A DNA stretch of 64,000 bases from Candidatus Woesearchaeota archaeon (GTDB lineage Archaea > Nanobdellota > Nanobdellia > SCGC-AAA011-G17 > PNOQ01). Each line of letters starts with the position of its first letter. Position 1 is the stretch's first letter. The notes beneath the pieces are model-generated. The model was not told the origin of the DNA, did no database searches, and saw only the letters and a program-made list of their open reading frames with translations. Position numbers and translations under genes: made by a program. Shown one piece after another: positions 9,696 to 20,218 of this stretch. The DNA is taken from the NCBI GenBank assembly GCA_964344655.1, contig CAYFOF010000002.1, forward strand, positions 56,768-120,767, written 5' to 3'.

Positions 9696-9815
9696 CCCGT
9701 CATAGCTCAACGGTAGAGCGTTCGGCTGTAGATATTGTTTGACTAGGTATTAACCTTGGATGATAAACAATTAGCCGTACCCGGAAGGTTCCCGGTTCAA
9801 ATCCGGGTGACGGGA
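9696..9815 (+). tRNA. tRNA-Tyr: tRNA-Tyr (GTA) with a roughly 48-nt intron at the canonical 37/38 position
   Basis: Acceptor CCCGTCA/TGACGGG gives the archaeal Tyr C1:G72 pair with A73. D-arm GCTC-AACGGTA-GAGC. Anticodon stem TTCGG/CCGGA with loop CTGTAG. An insert (9732-9779) forms its own helix (ATTGTTT/AAACAAT). T-arm CCCGG-TTCAAAT-CCGGG. Confidence 0.6.
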
Positions 9816-9968
9816 TATATTCCTTTTTAAACCCCTCCTCGAAAAAACAAAACATTTATAAATGAGTGGATTGCCCTAAAATTCAACTAGATAAATGCCC
9901 CTCTCTAAAATGGTTCAATTATAAACATTCAAAAGTTAATGAACTAGAGAGTGCTATGCCCATAAAAT

Positions 9969-10042
9969 GCCCGGATGGTGTAGTTCGGTTAGCATAAAGC
10001 CCTGTCGCGGCTTTGACCCGGGTTCAAATCCCGGTTCGGGCG
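9969..10042 (+). tRNA. tRNA-Asp: tRNA-Asp (GTC)
   Basis: Acceptor GCCCGGA/TTCGGGC. Anticodon stem-loop AAGCC-CTGTCGC-GGCTT. T-arm CCGGG-TTCAAAT-CCCGG. Length 74 nt. Confidence 0.8.
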
Positions 10043-10045
10043 TGG

Positions 10046-10142
10046 GGACCGGTAGCTCAGCTTGGTAGAGCACTTGGCTTTTAACCAAGGGGTCGCGGGT
10101 TCAAATCAAAGCAAAAACTTTGTGAAAGTCCCGTCCGGTCCA
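10046..10142 (+). tRNA. tRNA-Lys: tRNA-Lys (TTT) with a 23-nt non-canonical intron in the T-arm
   Basis: Acceptor GGACCGG/CCGGTCC with A73. D-arm GCTC-AGCTTGGTA-GAGC. Anticodon stem-loop CTTGG-CTTTTAA-CCAAG. T-stem GCGGG + TTCAAAT, then a 23-nt insert (10107-10129, caaagcaaaaactttgtgaaagt, internal hairpin CAAAG/CTTTG), then CCCGT. Confidence 0.55.
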
Positions 10143-10162
10143 CTTCATAATACAGACAAAAA

Positions 10163-10405
10163 ATGACAAAAGAATTTGACATCAAGAAACACTCTTTAGT
10201 ACCTGAGCACACTAAACTTACAGAAGAAGAGGCTAAAAAAATTCTAGACGAATTTAATATAACAAAAGACGAAATTCCTAAAATTTTGATTTCTGATGCT
10301 GCAATTCAAGATTTGTCCCCAGAATACGGAGACGTAATAAAAATTACAAGGGGCAGTCAAACAAACACACAAACAATATTCTATAGGGTGGTCGTTAATG
10401 GTTAA
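10163..10405 (+). CDS. rpoH: DNA-directed RNA polymerase subunit H (Rpb5 homolog)
   Basis: 80-aa ORF. Motifs HSLVPEHTKLTEEE...GDVIKITRGSQT are typical of RpoH. It overlaps the rpoB'' start by 8 nt. Confidence 0.85.
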   Translation: MTKEFDIKKHSLVPEHTKLTEEEAKKILDEFNITKDEIPKILISDAAIQDLSPEYGDVIKITRGSQTNTQTIFYRVVVNG

Positions 10406-11885
10406 AGGATATAAAGACATAATCTCAAATTATTTCGACGATCATTCATTCGTTGAATCAAATATAAAATCTTTCAACAGATTTGTTGAAAAAGATTTAC
10501 CTACAATAGTTAACAACGTTGGGGAAATAGTTCCAACAATTATTCCTCAAGAAGTTGAAAATTTCAAAATTAAATTATCCGACATTAAAGTTGGAATGCC
10601 ACAAATAACAGAAGCAGATGGTTCAAAAAGAGATTTATACCCAATAGAATCAAGATTAAGAAAATTAACTTACTCTGCACCAATTTCATTAACAGTAAGT
10701 GCACACATTAACGATATTCAAAGAGAATCATTCACAACAGAAGTTGGTAGACTTCCAATAATGTTAAAATCTAAATTCTGTCACCTTGCAAATTTGAAAA
10801 GAAAAGAATTAGTAAAAAAAGGTGAAGACCCAGTTGATTGGGGAGGATATTTCATATTAAATGGTAATGAAAGAGTATTAATCACAGTTGAAGATTTAGC
10901 TTCAAACAAATTATTTGTTAAGAAAGCAACAGTTGGTGTAAGTAAGTGGATTGGAAAACTTTACTCTGAACACTTAAATTACAGAATTCCACACACTTTC
11001 GAACAAATGAAAGATGGTTCATTACAACTTAGTTTTGCAAGATTCCAAAGAGTTCCAATTATTGCTGTAATTAAAGCACTTGGATTAACAAAAGATCAAG
11101 AAATTATGGAATTCATCTCACCAAACAAAGTTTACGACGATGTAATATTGAACTTATACGAAAACATCGATCTAAAAACTCAAAATGAAGCTCTAGAATT
11201 CTTAGCTAAAAAAATAGGAATGCCACAAAAAGAACTTAGAGAAGAAAGAACACTAGAACAATTAGACAGATATTTACTTCCACACATTGGTATGACTTCA
11301 AAAGATAGAATTTACAAAGCATACAACTTATGTAAACTAGTAAAGAGATTCTTAAAAATCACAGCAGATGGTGCAAAACCAATTAATCAAGATCACTACG
11401 TAAATAAAAGATTAAAACAAAGCGGAGACTTACTTAATGATTTATTCAAAGTAAACATGAGGTCATTGGTACAAGATATGCTTTACAATTTCCAAAGACT
11501 AGTTAAGAGAGGAAAATTCTCTTCAATTAGAATAATCATCCGAGAACAATTATTATCTTCTAGAATTAAAAGCGCTATGGCAACTGGATCATGGCCAGGT
11601 GGAAGAGCAGGTATTTCTCAAAACATTTCAAGAGTAAATGCAGTAGATACAACTTCACACACTCAAAGAGTTGCATCTTTACTAACTGCATCTCAAGAAA
11701 ATTTTGAAGCAAGAGCTTTACACAGCACTCATTGGGGAAGACTTTGCCCTGTTGAAACACCAGAAGGTACTCCAATTGGATTAAGAAAAAATTTAGCATT
11801 ATTATCAAACGTAACAGACACAGAACCAACTGAAGAAAAAGTTGTGAAATTATTAGAATCAAATGGGATGAAAAAGGTAGAATAA
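10398..11885 (+). CDS. rpoB2: DNA-directed RNA polymerase subunit B'' (N-terminal part of RpoB)
   Basis: 495-aa ORF. Typical split archaeal RpoB. Ends 1 nt before B'. Confidence 0.85.
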   Translation: MVKGYKDIISNYFDDHSFVESNIKSFNRFVEKDLPTIVNNVGEIVPTIIPQEVENFKIKLSDIKVGMPQITEADGSKRDLYPIESRLRKLTYSAPISLTVSAHINDIQRESFTTEVGRLPIMLKSKFCHLANLKRKELVKKGEDPVDWGGYFILNGNERVLITVEDLASNKLFVKKATVGVSKWIGKLYSEHLNYRIPHTFEQMKDGSLQLSFARFQRVPIIAVIKALGLTKDQEIMEFISPNKVYDDVILNLYENIDLKTQNEALEFLAKKIGMPQKELREERTLEQLDRYLLPHIGMTSKDRIYKAYNLCKLVKRFLKITADGAKPINQDHYVNKRLKQSGDLLNDLFKVNMRSLVQDMLYNFQRLVKRGKFSSIRIIIREQLLSSRIKSAMATGSWPGGRAGISQNISRVNAVDTTSHTQRVASLLTASQENFEARALHSTHWGRLCPVETPEGTPIGLRKNLALLSNVTDTEPTEEKVVKLLESNGMKKVE

Positions 11886-11886
11886 A

Positions 11887-13689
11887 ATGGTTGATGTATT
11901 TTTAAACGAAAAATTTGTAGGAACTGTAGCAGATCAAAATGAATTCCTAAACTCAATCAAATCTCAAAGAAGAGAAGGAGTAATCCCAGAAAAATTAAAC
12001 GTTGGTTACGACGATGCATTAAATGAAATCCACATAGAAACAACAAAAGGTAGATCTAGAAGACCTTTAATCGTTGTAAAAAATGGAGAACCAACACTAA
12101 CAGAAGAACATCTTGAAAAATTAAAAAATAAAACAATCACTTGGGATGATTTATTGAAAGATGGAATAATTGAATATCTAGATGCAAGAGAAGAAGAAAA
12201 TGCTTTAGTAGCTTTAGATGAATCACAACTATCAAAAGAACACACTCACATAGAAATTTCACCAATCACAATTTTAGGTGTTTGTACATCTTTAGTTCCA
12301 TTCTCAAATTTTGGTTCATCTTCAAGATTAATTAGAGGTTCTAAACTTCAAAAACAAGGTTTAGGAGTATACACCCAAAATTACTTATTAAGACTAGACA
12401 CTGACGCTAGCATTTTACATTATCCACAAAGACCAATTACAAAAACATTCATGCATGATGTATTCGAATACGATGCGCACGCAATGGGTCAAAACCTAAC
12501 TATTGCAGTTATGAGCTACCAAGGATATAACATGCAGGACGCAGTCATATTAAACAGAGGTAGTGTTGAACGTGGTCTAGGAAGAACAACATACTTTAAG
12601 CCATTCTCTGCTACAGAATTAAGATATTCTGGTGGATTAATGGATGAAATAGGAATTCCAGACAAAGAAATGAAAGGTTATAGATCAGAAAGAGACTATA
12701 GAAACCTTGAAGATGATGGAATTGTTTTCACAGAAGCAAAATTAGATGAAGATGATGTATTAATAGGAAAAACTTCCCCGCCAAGATTCTTGGGAAGCTT
12801 AGAAGAATTCAACATTGATGCTAATACAAGAAGAGAATCCTCAATCGCTTTAGGTGAAGGAATGCACGGAATAGTTGATATGACATTCTTAACTGAAAAC
12901 GAAGAAGGAAATAGGATTGTTCAAACAAGATTAAGACAACAAAGAATTCCAGAGATTGGAGATAAATTCGCTTCAAGACATGGTCAAAAAGGTGTTATTG
13001 GATTATTAGTTCCACATGTTGATATGCCATTCTCTTCAAGAGGAACAACTCCAGATATAATTTTCTCACCACACAGTATACCTTCAAGAATGACGGTATC
13101 ACATTTATTAGAAGTAATTTCAGGTAAAGTTGGAGCTTTAGCTGGAGAATACATAGACGCTACAACTTTCGATACACCAACAGAAGATAGTTTAAGAAAA
13201 CAACTTGTAAACTTAGGATTTTCAGAAGATGGAAAAGAAACATTCTACAACCCATTAACTGGAGAAAAATTAGAAGCAAAAATATATACTGGAAACATAT
13301 TCTACTTAAAACTAAAACATATGGTAGCTAACAAATTACACGCAAGAGCTGCTGGAAGAATCCAACTATTAACACGTCAACCCGTAGAAGGTAGAGCAAT
13401 GGGCGGAGGATTAAGAGTGGGAGAGATGGAGAAAGATTGTTTAGTAGCTCACGGTGCATCTCTATTACTTAAGGAAAGATTCGATTCAGATAAAACAATA
13501 TTACATGTTTGTGAAACATGTGGTATGTTTGCAACATATGACAATTACAAAAATCAAGCAATATGTACAAGGTGCGGAGGAGACGCAAAAGTTTCACCTG
13601 TTGAAATGAGTTACGCATTCAAACTATTGTTAGATGAAATAAGATCTCTAGGAATAGATTCTAGAGTAGAACTAAAAGAAAAATTTTAG
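11887..13689 (+). CDS. rpoB1: DNA-directed RNA polymerase subunit B' (C-terminal part of RpoB)
   Basis: 600-aa ORF. Conserved GDKFASRHGQKG and C-terminal Zn motif CETCG...CTRCG. Confidence 0.9.
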   Translation: MVDVFLNEKFVGTVADQNEFLNSIKSQRREGVIPEKLNVGYDDALNEIHIETTKGRSRRPLIVVKNGEPTLTEEHLEKLKNKTITWDDLLKDGIIEYLDAREEENALVALDESQLSKEHTHIEISPITILGVCTSLVPFSNFGSSSRLIRGSKLQKQGLGVYTQNYLLRLDTDASILHYPQRPITKTFMHDVFEYDAHAMGQNLTIAVMSYQGYNMQDAVILNRGSVERGLGRTTYFKPFSATELRYSGGLMDEIGIPDKEMKGYRSERDYRNLEDDGIVFTEAKLDEDDVLIGKTSPPRFLGSLEEFNIDANTRRESSIALGEGMHGIVDMTFLTENEEGNRIVQTRLRQQRIPEIGDKFASRHGQKGVIGLLVPHVDMPFSSRGTTPDIIFSPHSIPSRMTVSHLLEVISGKVGALAGEYIDATTFDTPTEDSLRKQLVNLGFSEDGKETFYNPLTGEKLEAKIYTGNIFYLKLKHMVANKLHARAAGRIQLLTRQPVEGRAMGGGLRVGEMEKDCLVAHGASLLLKERFDSDKTILHVCETCGMFATYDNYKNQAICTRCGGDAKVSPVEMSYAFKLLLDEIRSLGIDSRVELKEKF

Positions 13690-13693
13690 AAAA

Positions 13694-16264
13694 ATGACAG
13701 AAAACATAACAAAAAAGGTAAAATCGATACAATTTAGCATGCTTTCTCCTAACGCAGTTAAGAGAATGTCTGTAGCTAAAGTTGTTACTCCAGAACTTTA
13801 TGATAGAGAAGGATACCCAGTAGATGGTGGTCTAATGGATATCAGAATGGGAGTTATCGATCCTGGTTTGAGATGTAAAACTTGCGGACAAAGATTAAAA
13901 GAATGCCCAGGTCATTTTGGATACATGGATCTTGCTAGACCTGTATTACATATAAAATACTTAGATATAATTTTAAGATACTTAAGATCAACTTGTTTAG
14001 ATTGTGGAAGAATTTTAGTTGAAGCAGAAAAAGTTAAGAAACACCTTGAAAATGTACAAAAAGCAGAACAAGAAAAACGTTATAAGGTTAAGAAGAATTT
14101 AATCAATGCCTTCGCTAATTCTATAAAATTAATTAAAAAATGTCCACACTGTCAAGCAAAACAGAAAAAAATCACAATCGAAAAACCATCAACAATTTTA
14201 GAAGATGGAAAAAGATTAACTCCAATCCAAGTTAAAGCTAGATTGGAAAAAATCAACGATGAAGATATAATCGCACTAGGAAACGATCCAAAAAATTCAA
14301 GACCTGAATGGACTGTTTTAGATATTTTAGCAGTTCCTCCAGTAACAATCAGACCTAGTATCACATTACAAAGCGGAGAAAGATCAGAAGATGATCTAAC
14401 ACACAAACTTTCTGATATTGTTAGAATTAATCAAAGACTATTCGAAAACATAAATGCTGGTGCTCCAGAAATAATCATAGAAGACTTATGGGATTTACTT
14501 CAATATCACGTAACAACATTCTTCGATAATAGTGTAGCACAAGTTCCTGTTGCTAGACATAGATCTGGTCAACCATTAAAAACTTTACATGAAAGAATAA
14601 AGAGTAAAGAAGGTAGATTCAGACATAATCTAGCAGGTAAAAGAGTAAACTTCTCTGCAAGAACAGTTATTAGTGCTGATCCAAAAATCAAATTCAACGA
14701 AGTTGGTGTTCCAAAAATTATTGCAATGGAATTAACAATCCCAGAAAAAGCAACTGAATGGAACATTGAATGGTTAAAAGAACTAATCAAACAAGGACCA
14801 AAAAATTACCCTGGCGCAAATTACGTTATAAGACCAGATGGTAAAAAGAAAAGTATAACAGAAGAAACTCAAGAAATATTACTAGAAGAACTACAACCTG
14901 GATACATAGTTGAAAGACACATCGTAGACGGAGACATTTCAATCTTTAACAGACAACCTAGTCTTCACAGAATGAGCATAATGTGTCACAAAATCAAGAT
15001 TTTACCAGGAAGAAGTTTCAGATTAAACCCTGCTGTATGTACTCCATATGGGGCAGACTTCGACGGTGATGAGATGAATTTGCACATTCCTCAAACTGAA
15101 GAAGCAAGAGCAGAAGCTGAAATCTTAATGAGTGTAGAAAACCACATAATTTCTCCAAAGAACGGGTTGAATATAATTGGTTCTATTGAAGATGCAATTT
15201 CAGGTTTATATTTATTAACAAAAGATATGAAACTTTCAAAAGAAGGCGCTAATAAATTATTATTCAGTGCTGGAATAGTTGATGAAAAAATGAAAAGTTT
15301 CAAAAAAGAAGTTACAGGAAAAGAAGTTTTCAGTATTTTACTTCCATCAGATTTCACATTCGTTGGAACTTCAAAGAGTGGAGAAGATGTAAAAATCAAA
15401 AAAGGTCAACTAGTTGAGGGTGTTATCGATAAAGCGTTAGTCGGAGAAGACAACGGTCAATTAATCAGGGAAATATACGCAAAATACGACGAAAAAACAG
15501 GAATTGAATTCCTATCAAAAATATTCAAACTAGGAATTGAAACATTATTAAGATCTGGTTTCACAATTGGAATTTCAGATTCAGATGTTCCAGAAAAAAT
15601 CGAAAAAAGAAATGATGATTTAATCAACAAAGCAAAGGAAGATGCTCAAGCGTTAATTAAACAATACGAACAAGGAAAGCTTGAACCATTACCTGGTAAT
15701 TCTGCTGAAGAAACACTAGAACTAAAAATCACAGAAATCTTAAACAAAGTTAGAAATGATATTTCAAAACAAGTTAGTGATTCTGTGGATGAAAACAATC
15801 CAACAATAATTATGGCAAGTTCTGGTGCAAAAGGTAACTTACTAAATGTAGCAATGATGTCTTCTTGTGTAGGGCAACAAGCCATAAGAGGAAAAAGAGT
15901 AGAAGGAAATTACTCTGGAAGAGCATTATCATTATTCAAGAAAAACGATCCAAGTCCAGAAGCACACGGATTCATAGAAAAAGGTTACAAACAAGGATTA
16001 AAACCATATGAATATTTCTTCGGTGCAATGACTGGAAGAGATGCATTAATGGACGTAGCATTAAGAACTCCAAAATCTGGTTATCTATATAGAAGATTAG
16101 CAAATGCATTACAAGATATAAGATTAGAATATGATTCAACAGTAAGAGATGCAGAAAAAAGCATCATACAATTCAAATATGGTGAAGACGGAATAGACAT
16201 CGCTAAAAGTGATGGTGGAAAAATTAATGTTAAAAAGATTATAAAACAAATTAAAGGAAAATGA
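13694..16264 (+). CDS. rpoA1: DNA-directed RNA polymerase subunit A'
   Basis: 856-aa ORF. Zn-binding CKTCGQRLKECPGHFG and catalytic NADFDGDEMN motif. Confidence 0.9.
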   Translation: MTENITKKVKSIQFSMLSPNAVKRMSVAKVVTPELYDREGYPVDGGLMDIRMGVIDPGLRCKTCGQRLKECPGHFGYMDLARPVLHIKYLDIILRYLRSTCLDCGRILVEAEKVKKHLENVQKAEQEKRYKVKKNLINAFANSIKLIKKCPHCQAKQKKITIEKPSTILEDGKRLTPIQVKARLEKINDEDIIALGNDPKNSRPEWTVLDILAVPPVTIRPSITLQSGERSEDDLTHKLSDIVRINQRLFENINAGAPEIIIEDLWDLLQYHVTTFFDNSVAQVPVARHRSGQPLKTLHERIKSKEGRFRHNLAGKRVNFSARTVISADPKIKFNEVGVPKIIAMELTIPEKATEWNIEWLKELIKQGPKNYPGANYVIRPDGKKKSITEETQEILLEELQPGYIVERHIVDGDISIFNRQPSLHRMSIMCHKIKILPGRSFRLNPAVCTPYGADFDGDEMNLHIPQTEEARAEAEILMSVENHIISPKNGLNIIGSIEDAISGLYLLTKDMKLSKEGANKLLFSAGIVDEKMKSFKKEVTGKEVFSILLPSDFTFVGTSKSGEDVKIKKGQLVEGVIDKALVGEDNGQLIREIYAKYDEKTGIEFLSKIFKLGIETLLRSGFTIGISDSDVPEKIEKRNDDLINKAKEDAQALIKQYEQGKLEPLPGNSAEETLELKITEILNKVRNDISKQVSDSVDENNPTIIMASSGAKGNLLNVAMMSSCVGQQAIRGKRVEGNYSGRALSLFKKNDPSPEAHGFIEKGYKQGLKPYEYFFGAMTGRDALMDVALRTPKSGYLYRRLANALQDIRLEYDSTVRDAEKSIIQFKYGEDGIDIAKSDGGKINVKKIIKQIKGK

Positions 16265-17424
16265 GTGACGTATACAAAAAATTCGAAGGAAAATTACCTG
16301 GAAGAGTAATAGAAGAATTAAAAGCAGAGGCTAAAGAAAATAAATTAACCGACGCTGAAACAACAAAAGCATTAAATGATGCTGTAACAGAATATGAAGC
16401 TTCATTAATCGCACCAGGAGAATCAATTGGTATAGTTACTGCTGAATCTTTCGGAGAAGCTGGAACTCAAATGACTTTAGATGTATTCCATCTTGCAGGA
16501 GTTGCAGAGATTCAAGTTACAAGAGGTCTTCCAAGACTAATTGAATTATTCGATGCAAGAAAAGTTCCTTCCACTCCAAGTATGGAAGTATACTTAAAAC
16601 CTGAACACACAAAAACTGAAAAATCAATTAGAAAAGTTGCATCATTCTTAAAAGAAATGACACTAGAAGAAATTAGTGAAGAATTCACACTAAATATAAT
16701 GAATGAATCTGTAGAAGTAGATTTAGATGATAAAAAGGTAAGAGATTTCGGATTCAAAAAAGAAGATATTCTTGAAACAATAAAAAAAGAATTGAAAAAT
16801 GCTTCTGTAAAAGACACAAAAAAAGGTTTTACATTAAAACCAGAATCAGAAGAAATTAACTTATCAATATTATACAAATTAAAAGAAAGCGCTAAAGCAA
16901 TATTACTTAGAGGAATTCCAAAAATAACACAAGTTCTTCCAACTAAAAAAGATGGAAAATATGTTATATTATGTGCAGGATCAAATCTAAAAAAAGTTTT
17001 AGAGATGGACCAAATTGAAGCAAAATTCACAGTATCAAATAATATTTTTGAAATCGCTTCAACACTTGGAATAGAAGCTGCAAGACAAGCAATAATCAAC
17101 GAAGCTGTATCTGTTATAGAAAATCAAGGTTTAGACATTGACATAAGACACGTTATGTTTTTAGCAGATATTATGACTCAAACAGGAATTGTTAGAGGAA
17201 TAACAAGGGGCGGAATCAGCGGAGAAAAAGAATCCGTACTTGCTAGAGCTTCATTCGAAACACCCATAAATCACTTAATCAGTGCATCATTAACTGGTGA
17301 AAAAGATAATTTAAAAAGTGTTATTGAAAACGTTATGGTTAATCAACCAATTCCGCTTGGAACTGGTCTTCCAGGACTTGTTTCAAAAATTGGTGAGAAA
17401 AAGAAAAAGGAAACTAAAAAATGA
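16261..17424 (+). CDS. rpoA2: DNA-directed RNA polymerase subunit A''
   Basis: 387-aa ORF that overlaps the end of A'. Conserved trigger-loop region GEAGTQMTLDVFHLAG. Confidence 0.85.
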   Translation: MSDVYKKFEGKLPGRVIEELKAEAKENKLTDAETTKALNDAVTEYEASLIAPGESIGIVTAESFGEAGTQMTLDVFHLAGVAEIQVTRGLPRLIELFDARKVPSTPSMEVYLKPEHTKTEKSIRKVASFLKEMTLEEISEEFTLNIMNESVEVDLDDKKVRDFGFKKEDILETIKKELKNASVKDTKKGFTLKPESEEINLSILYKLKESAKAILLRGIPKITQVLPTKKDGKYVILCAGSNLKKVLEMDQIEAKFTVSNNIFEIASTLGIEAARQAIINEAVSVIENQGLDIDIRHVMFLADIMTQTGIVRGITRGGISGEKESVLARASFETPINHLISASLTGEKDNLKSVIENVMVNQPIPLGTGLPGLVSKIGEKKKKETKK

Positions 17425-17675
17425 GTTTAGACAATCTAAAAAAAGCAATAAAAGAAAAAAAATTAACAATTGGAACTGAGAAAACAATCAAAGCTCTAAA
17501 AAAAGGAGAAGCTAAAGAGGTTTTTATTTCAAAAAATTGTCCCGAATTACTTAGAAAACAAGTAAAAAACTATGCAGAAATTTCAAACATTCCTGTAACT
17601 GAACTTAAAGAAAGTAATGAAGAAATTGGAGCAATTTGTAAAAAACCCTTTTCTATAAATTTATGTTGTTATTAA
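17421..17675 (+). CDS. rpl30e: 50S ribosomal protein L30e
   Basis: 84-aa ORF. L30e-like KLTIGTEKTIKALKKGEAKEVFISKNCP. Canonical position after rpoA''. Confidence 0.8.
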   Translation: MSLDNLKKAIKEKKLTIGTEKTIKALKKGEAKEVFISKNCPELLRKQVKNYAEISNIPVTELKESNEEIGAICKKPFSINLCCY

Positions 17676-17676
17676 A

Positions 17677-18087
17677 ATGAAAATTAACCTAGAACTTATA
17701 CAATACATAAATTACTTTGAGAAAACTACAAAATCTAAAGTTAAAGATTGTTTTTTTGAAGATGATAAACTAATATTCATAGTACAACCCGGCCAAGCAA
17801 GATTAGCAATTGGAAAACAAGGAATAAACGTAAAAAAATTCACCGAAAAAACAGGTAAAAAAATAAAAATAATTGAGTTCAACGAAAACCCATTAATCTT
17901 CGTTAAAAGCTTAATTTCCCCTGTAAAAGCAGATAATATTGAACAAGAAGAGGAAACAATCATAATTACAGTAGAATCAACAAAAGACAAAGGTTTATTA
18001 ATAGGTAGAAATGCCAAAAATTTAGAAAACCTTAAAAAGCATGTGCAAAAGTATTTTGTACACATAAAAGACGTGAAAATACAATAA
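17677..18087 (+). CDS. nusA: transcription termination/antitermination factor NusA (archaeal KH-domain type)
   Basis: 136-aa ORF with two KH-like GxxG motifs (IGKQGINVK and IGRNAKNLE). Canonical position. Confidence 0.8.
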   Translation: MKINLELIQYINYFEKTTKSKVKDCFFEDDKLIFIVQPGQARLAIGKQGINVKKFTEKTGKKIKIIEFNENPLIFVKSLISPVKADNIEQEEETIIITVESTKDKGLLIGRNAKNLENLKKHVQKYFVHIKDVKIQ

Positions 18088-18088
18088 A

Positions 18089-18526
18089 ATGGCAAAAAAA
18101 GGCAGAGGACTTGGAGCAGGGAAGAAAATTAAGAAAACTCGAGCTTTAGCTAGATGGAAGAATACAACTTTCAAAAGAAGAGTACTTTCTTTAAAAAAGA
18201 AATCTGACCCATTAAAAGCAAGCCCTCAAGGAAAAGCAATTGTATTATCAAAAACAGAGATTGAAGCTAAACAGCCAAACTCTGCATTAAGAAAATGTGT
18301 AAAATGCCAACTTTCAAAGAATGGTAAAAAAATAACAGCTTTCGTTCCTGGATACAACGCAATTAAATTCATTGATGAACACGATGAAGTTATGGTAGAA
18401 TGTATCGGTGGAGCAAAAGGACGTTCTAAAGGAGATTTATCCGGAATTAGATGGCAAGTAATTAAAGTAAACGATCAAGCATTAAAATCACTAGTAACAG
18501 GAAAAGTTGAGAAGGGTAGAAGATAA
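18089..18526 (+). CDS. rps12: 30S ribosomal protein S12 (uS12)
   Basis: [13 protein letters not shown]...[22 protein letters not shown]. Confidence 0.9.
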   Translation: MAKKGRGLGAGKKIKKTRALARWKNTTFKRRVLSLKKKSDPLKASPQGKAIVLSKTEIEAKQPNSALRKCVKCQLSKNGKKITAFVPGYNAIKFIDEHDEVMVECIGGAKGRSKGDLSGIRWQVIKVNDQALKSLVTGKVEKGRR

Positions 18527-19119
18527 TGAAATTATTCAATAGATGGGAAACTGACAAATTAGTAATCAAAGAAAAAGCGTTAGCTCCTTACATTCACTTA
18601 CAATCAATATTAGTTCCTAGAACTGGCGGAAAAGCTGCAGAAGGTCAACGTGTTTGGACACAAAAAACTCATATTGTTGAAAGATTAATGAACAAAATTA
18701 TGGTTCCTGGACACAGAGGAAAAAAACATAAAATTACTTCTTATCATTGTACCGGAAAAAGCACAAAAGCTTACAAAACAGTTATTGATGCTTTCCAATT
18801 AATAGAAAAAGAAACAAAACAAAACCCCATTCAAGTTTTTATAACAGCAATTGAAAACGCTGCACCAAGAGAAGAAGTTACTTCCATAGAATATGGGGGT
18901 GCAAGATATTCAAAAGCTGTAGAAGTTTCTCCATTACGTAGAATAGATTACACTCTAAGACTAATGGTTCAAGGAGCCTACGCAAAATCATTTAACAACA
19001 AAGTGAGTATTGCAAGAGCTTTAGCAAATGAAATTCTTAACGCATTTAAAATCTCTCAAGATAGTGCAGCAATACAAAAGAAATTAGAACTTGAAAGACA
19101 AGCTGATTCTTCAAGATAA
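18526..19119 (+). CDS. rps7: 30S ribosomal protein S7 (uS7)
   Basis: 197-aa ORF in the canonical position after S12. It has the uS7 fold pattern. Confidence 0.85.
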   Translation: MKLFNRWETDKLVIKEKALAPYIHLQSILVPRTGGKAAEGQRVWTQKTHIVERLMNKIMVPGHRGKKHKITSYHCTGKSTKAYKTVIDAFQLIEKETKQNPIQVFITAIENAAPREEVTSIEYGGARYSKAVEVSPLRRIDYTLRLMVQGAYAKSFNNKVSIARALANEILNAFKISQDSAAIQKKLELERQADSSR

Positions 19120-19320
19120 TTATCTTTTAAAATAATTAATAATTCTTTGGATATATCCGACATTTTCAGAAGGATCTCTCAAACATTCTGGGATATGATA
19201 TCGAATCCTATCTCTTTTTTCTTCAACTTCTCCAGCATTAGGAAACATTTCTTTAAAACGAAAATTTTCACTTCTACAATCAGTTTCAATACAATCCTTA
19301 CATAAATCGTCAACTGTCAT
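19120..19320 (-). CDS. hypothetical small Cys-containing protein
   Basis: 66-aa ORF (CKDCIETDC...). It sits inside the S7/EF-2 gap on the opposite strand. Confidence 0.25.
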   Translation of the reverse strand: MTVDDLCKDCIETDCRSENFRFKEMFPNAGEVEEKRDRIRYHIPECLRDPSENVGYIQRIINYFKR

Positions 19321-19356
19321 AACAACAAAAATAGAAAAACCATTATTTAAATATTT

Positions 19357-19929
19357 CTAAATAAAACCACTAGCTAATAATAAAGCGATAGCTCCAAATA
19401 ACACAGAGAAATAAACTCTTTTATCCCATCTTAAAATTTTCTTTCCATCCAAATTCCAGAATGGAATCATGTTAAACGCAGCCAACCAAGCATTAATCAA
19501 CAACCCATATTGAGTAAATATATTAACAAATCCAATCAAAGTTAAACCTAAAAATGCCGCAGCTAAAACTAAATTGACTAATGGTCCAGCCACACTAATT
19601 TTTCCATTTTTCTCTCTATTAACATACCCATTTATCATTACAGCCCCAGGAGCTGCAAAAATAAAACCTAAAAAACTCATAGCTACAGCTAAAATTAACA
19701 TTCCATTAAAAGCTCTAAATTCAGCATAACAATGATATTTTTGAGCAACATATTTATGTCCTAATTCATGCAATAAAAATCCCAATCCGACTGTAAATCC
19801 AGAAACTAACAACATAATTCCAAATTCATTTGAAAACACATTTCCATTACTTAACAAAATAGCAAAAGCTAAAGATATAGCAACCCATGCTTTCATTAAA
19901 TGTTCAATCTCTACATCACTAAATTTCAT
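19357..19929 (-). CDS. site-2 protease family (M50) intramembrane metalloprotease
   Basis: HExxH motif LLHELGHKYV inside a TM helix. Several further TM helices follow. Confidence 0.65.
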   Translation of the reverse strand: MKFSDVEIEHLMKAWVAISLAFAILLSNGNVFSNEFGIMLLVSGFTVGLGFLLHELGHKYVAQKYHCYAEFRAFNGMLILAVAMSFLGFIFAAPGAVMINGYVNREKNGKISVAGPLVNLVLAAAFLGLTLIGFVNIFTQYGLLINAWLAAFNMIPFWNLDGKKILRWDKRVYFSVLFGAIALLLASGFI

Positions 19930-19960
19930 ATTCTAATCAAAAATAATTGTTTTATAAAAG

Positions 19961-20188
19961 TTATGAATTGGTTAATCCCCTATTTTTATACCTTGGTACA
20001 TTAGAGGATCCATCTCGGTTTTTATATTCTCCAAGTCTAACTGCCCTTTCCACTTCTAACAGAGTTGGATAACTAAAACTAAGATTCTTAGCATATTCTT
20101 CAAGTTCATCTCTAGAAAGTCTGTCTTCTAATCTCTTTCTTTCAATACCAACTTCACGCCCATATAATTGATCTAAATAATTAACCAT
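19961..20188 (-). CDS. hypothetical protein
   Basis: 75-aa ORF. Confidence 0.25.
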   Translation of the reverse strand: MVNYLDQLYGREVGIERKRLEDRLSRDELEEYAKNLSFSYPTLLEVERAVRLGEYKNRDGSSNVPRYKNRGLTNS

Positions 20189-20218
20189 ACTAGAAAAAGA
20201 AAATAAAACTATAAAAAA

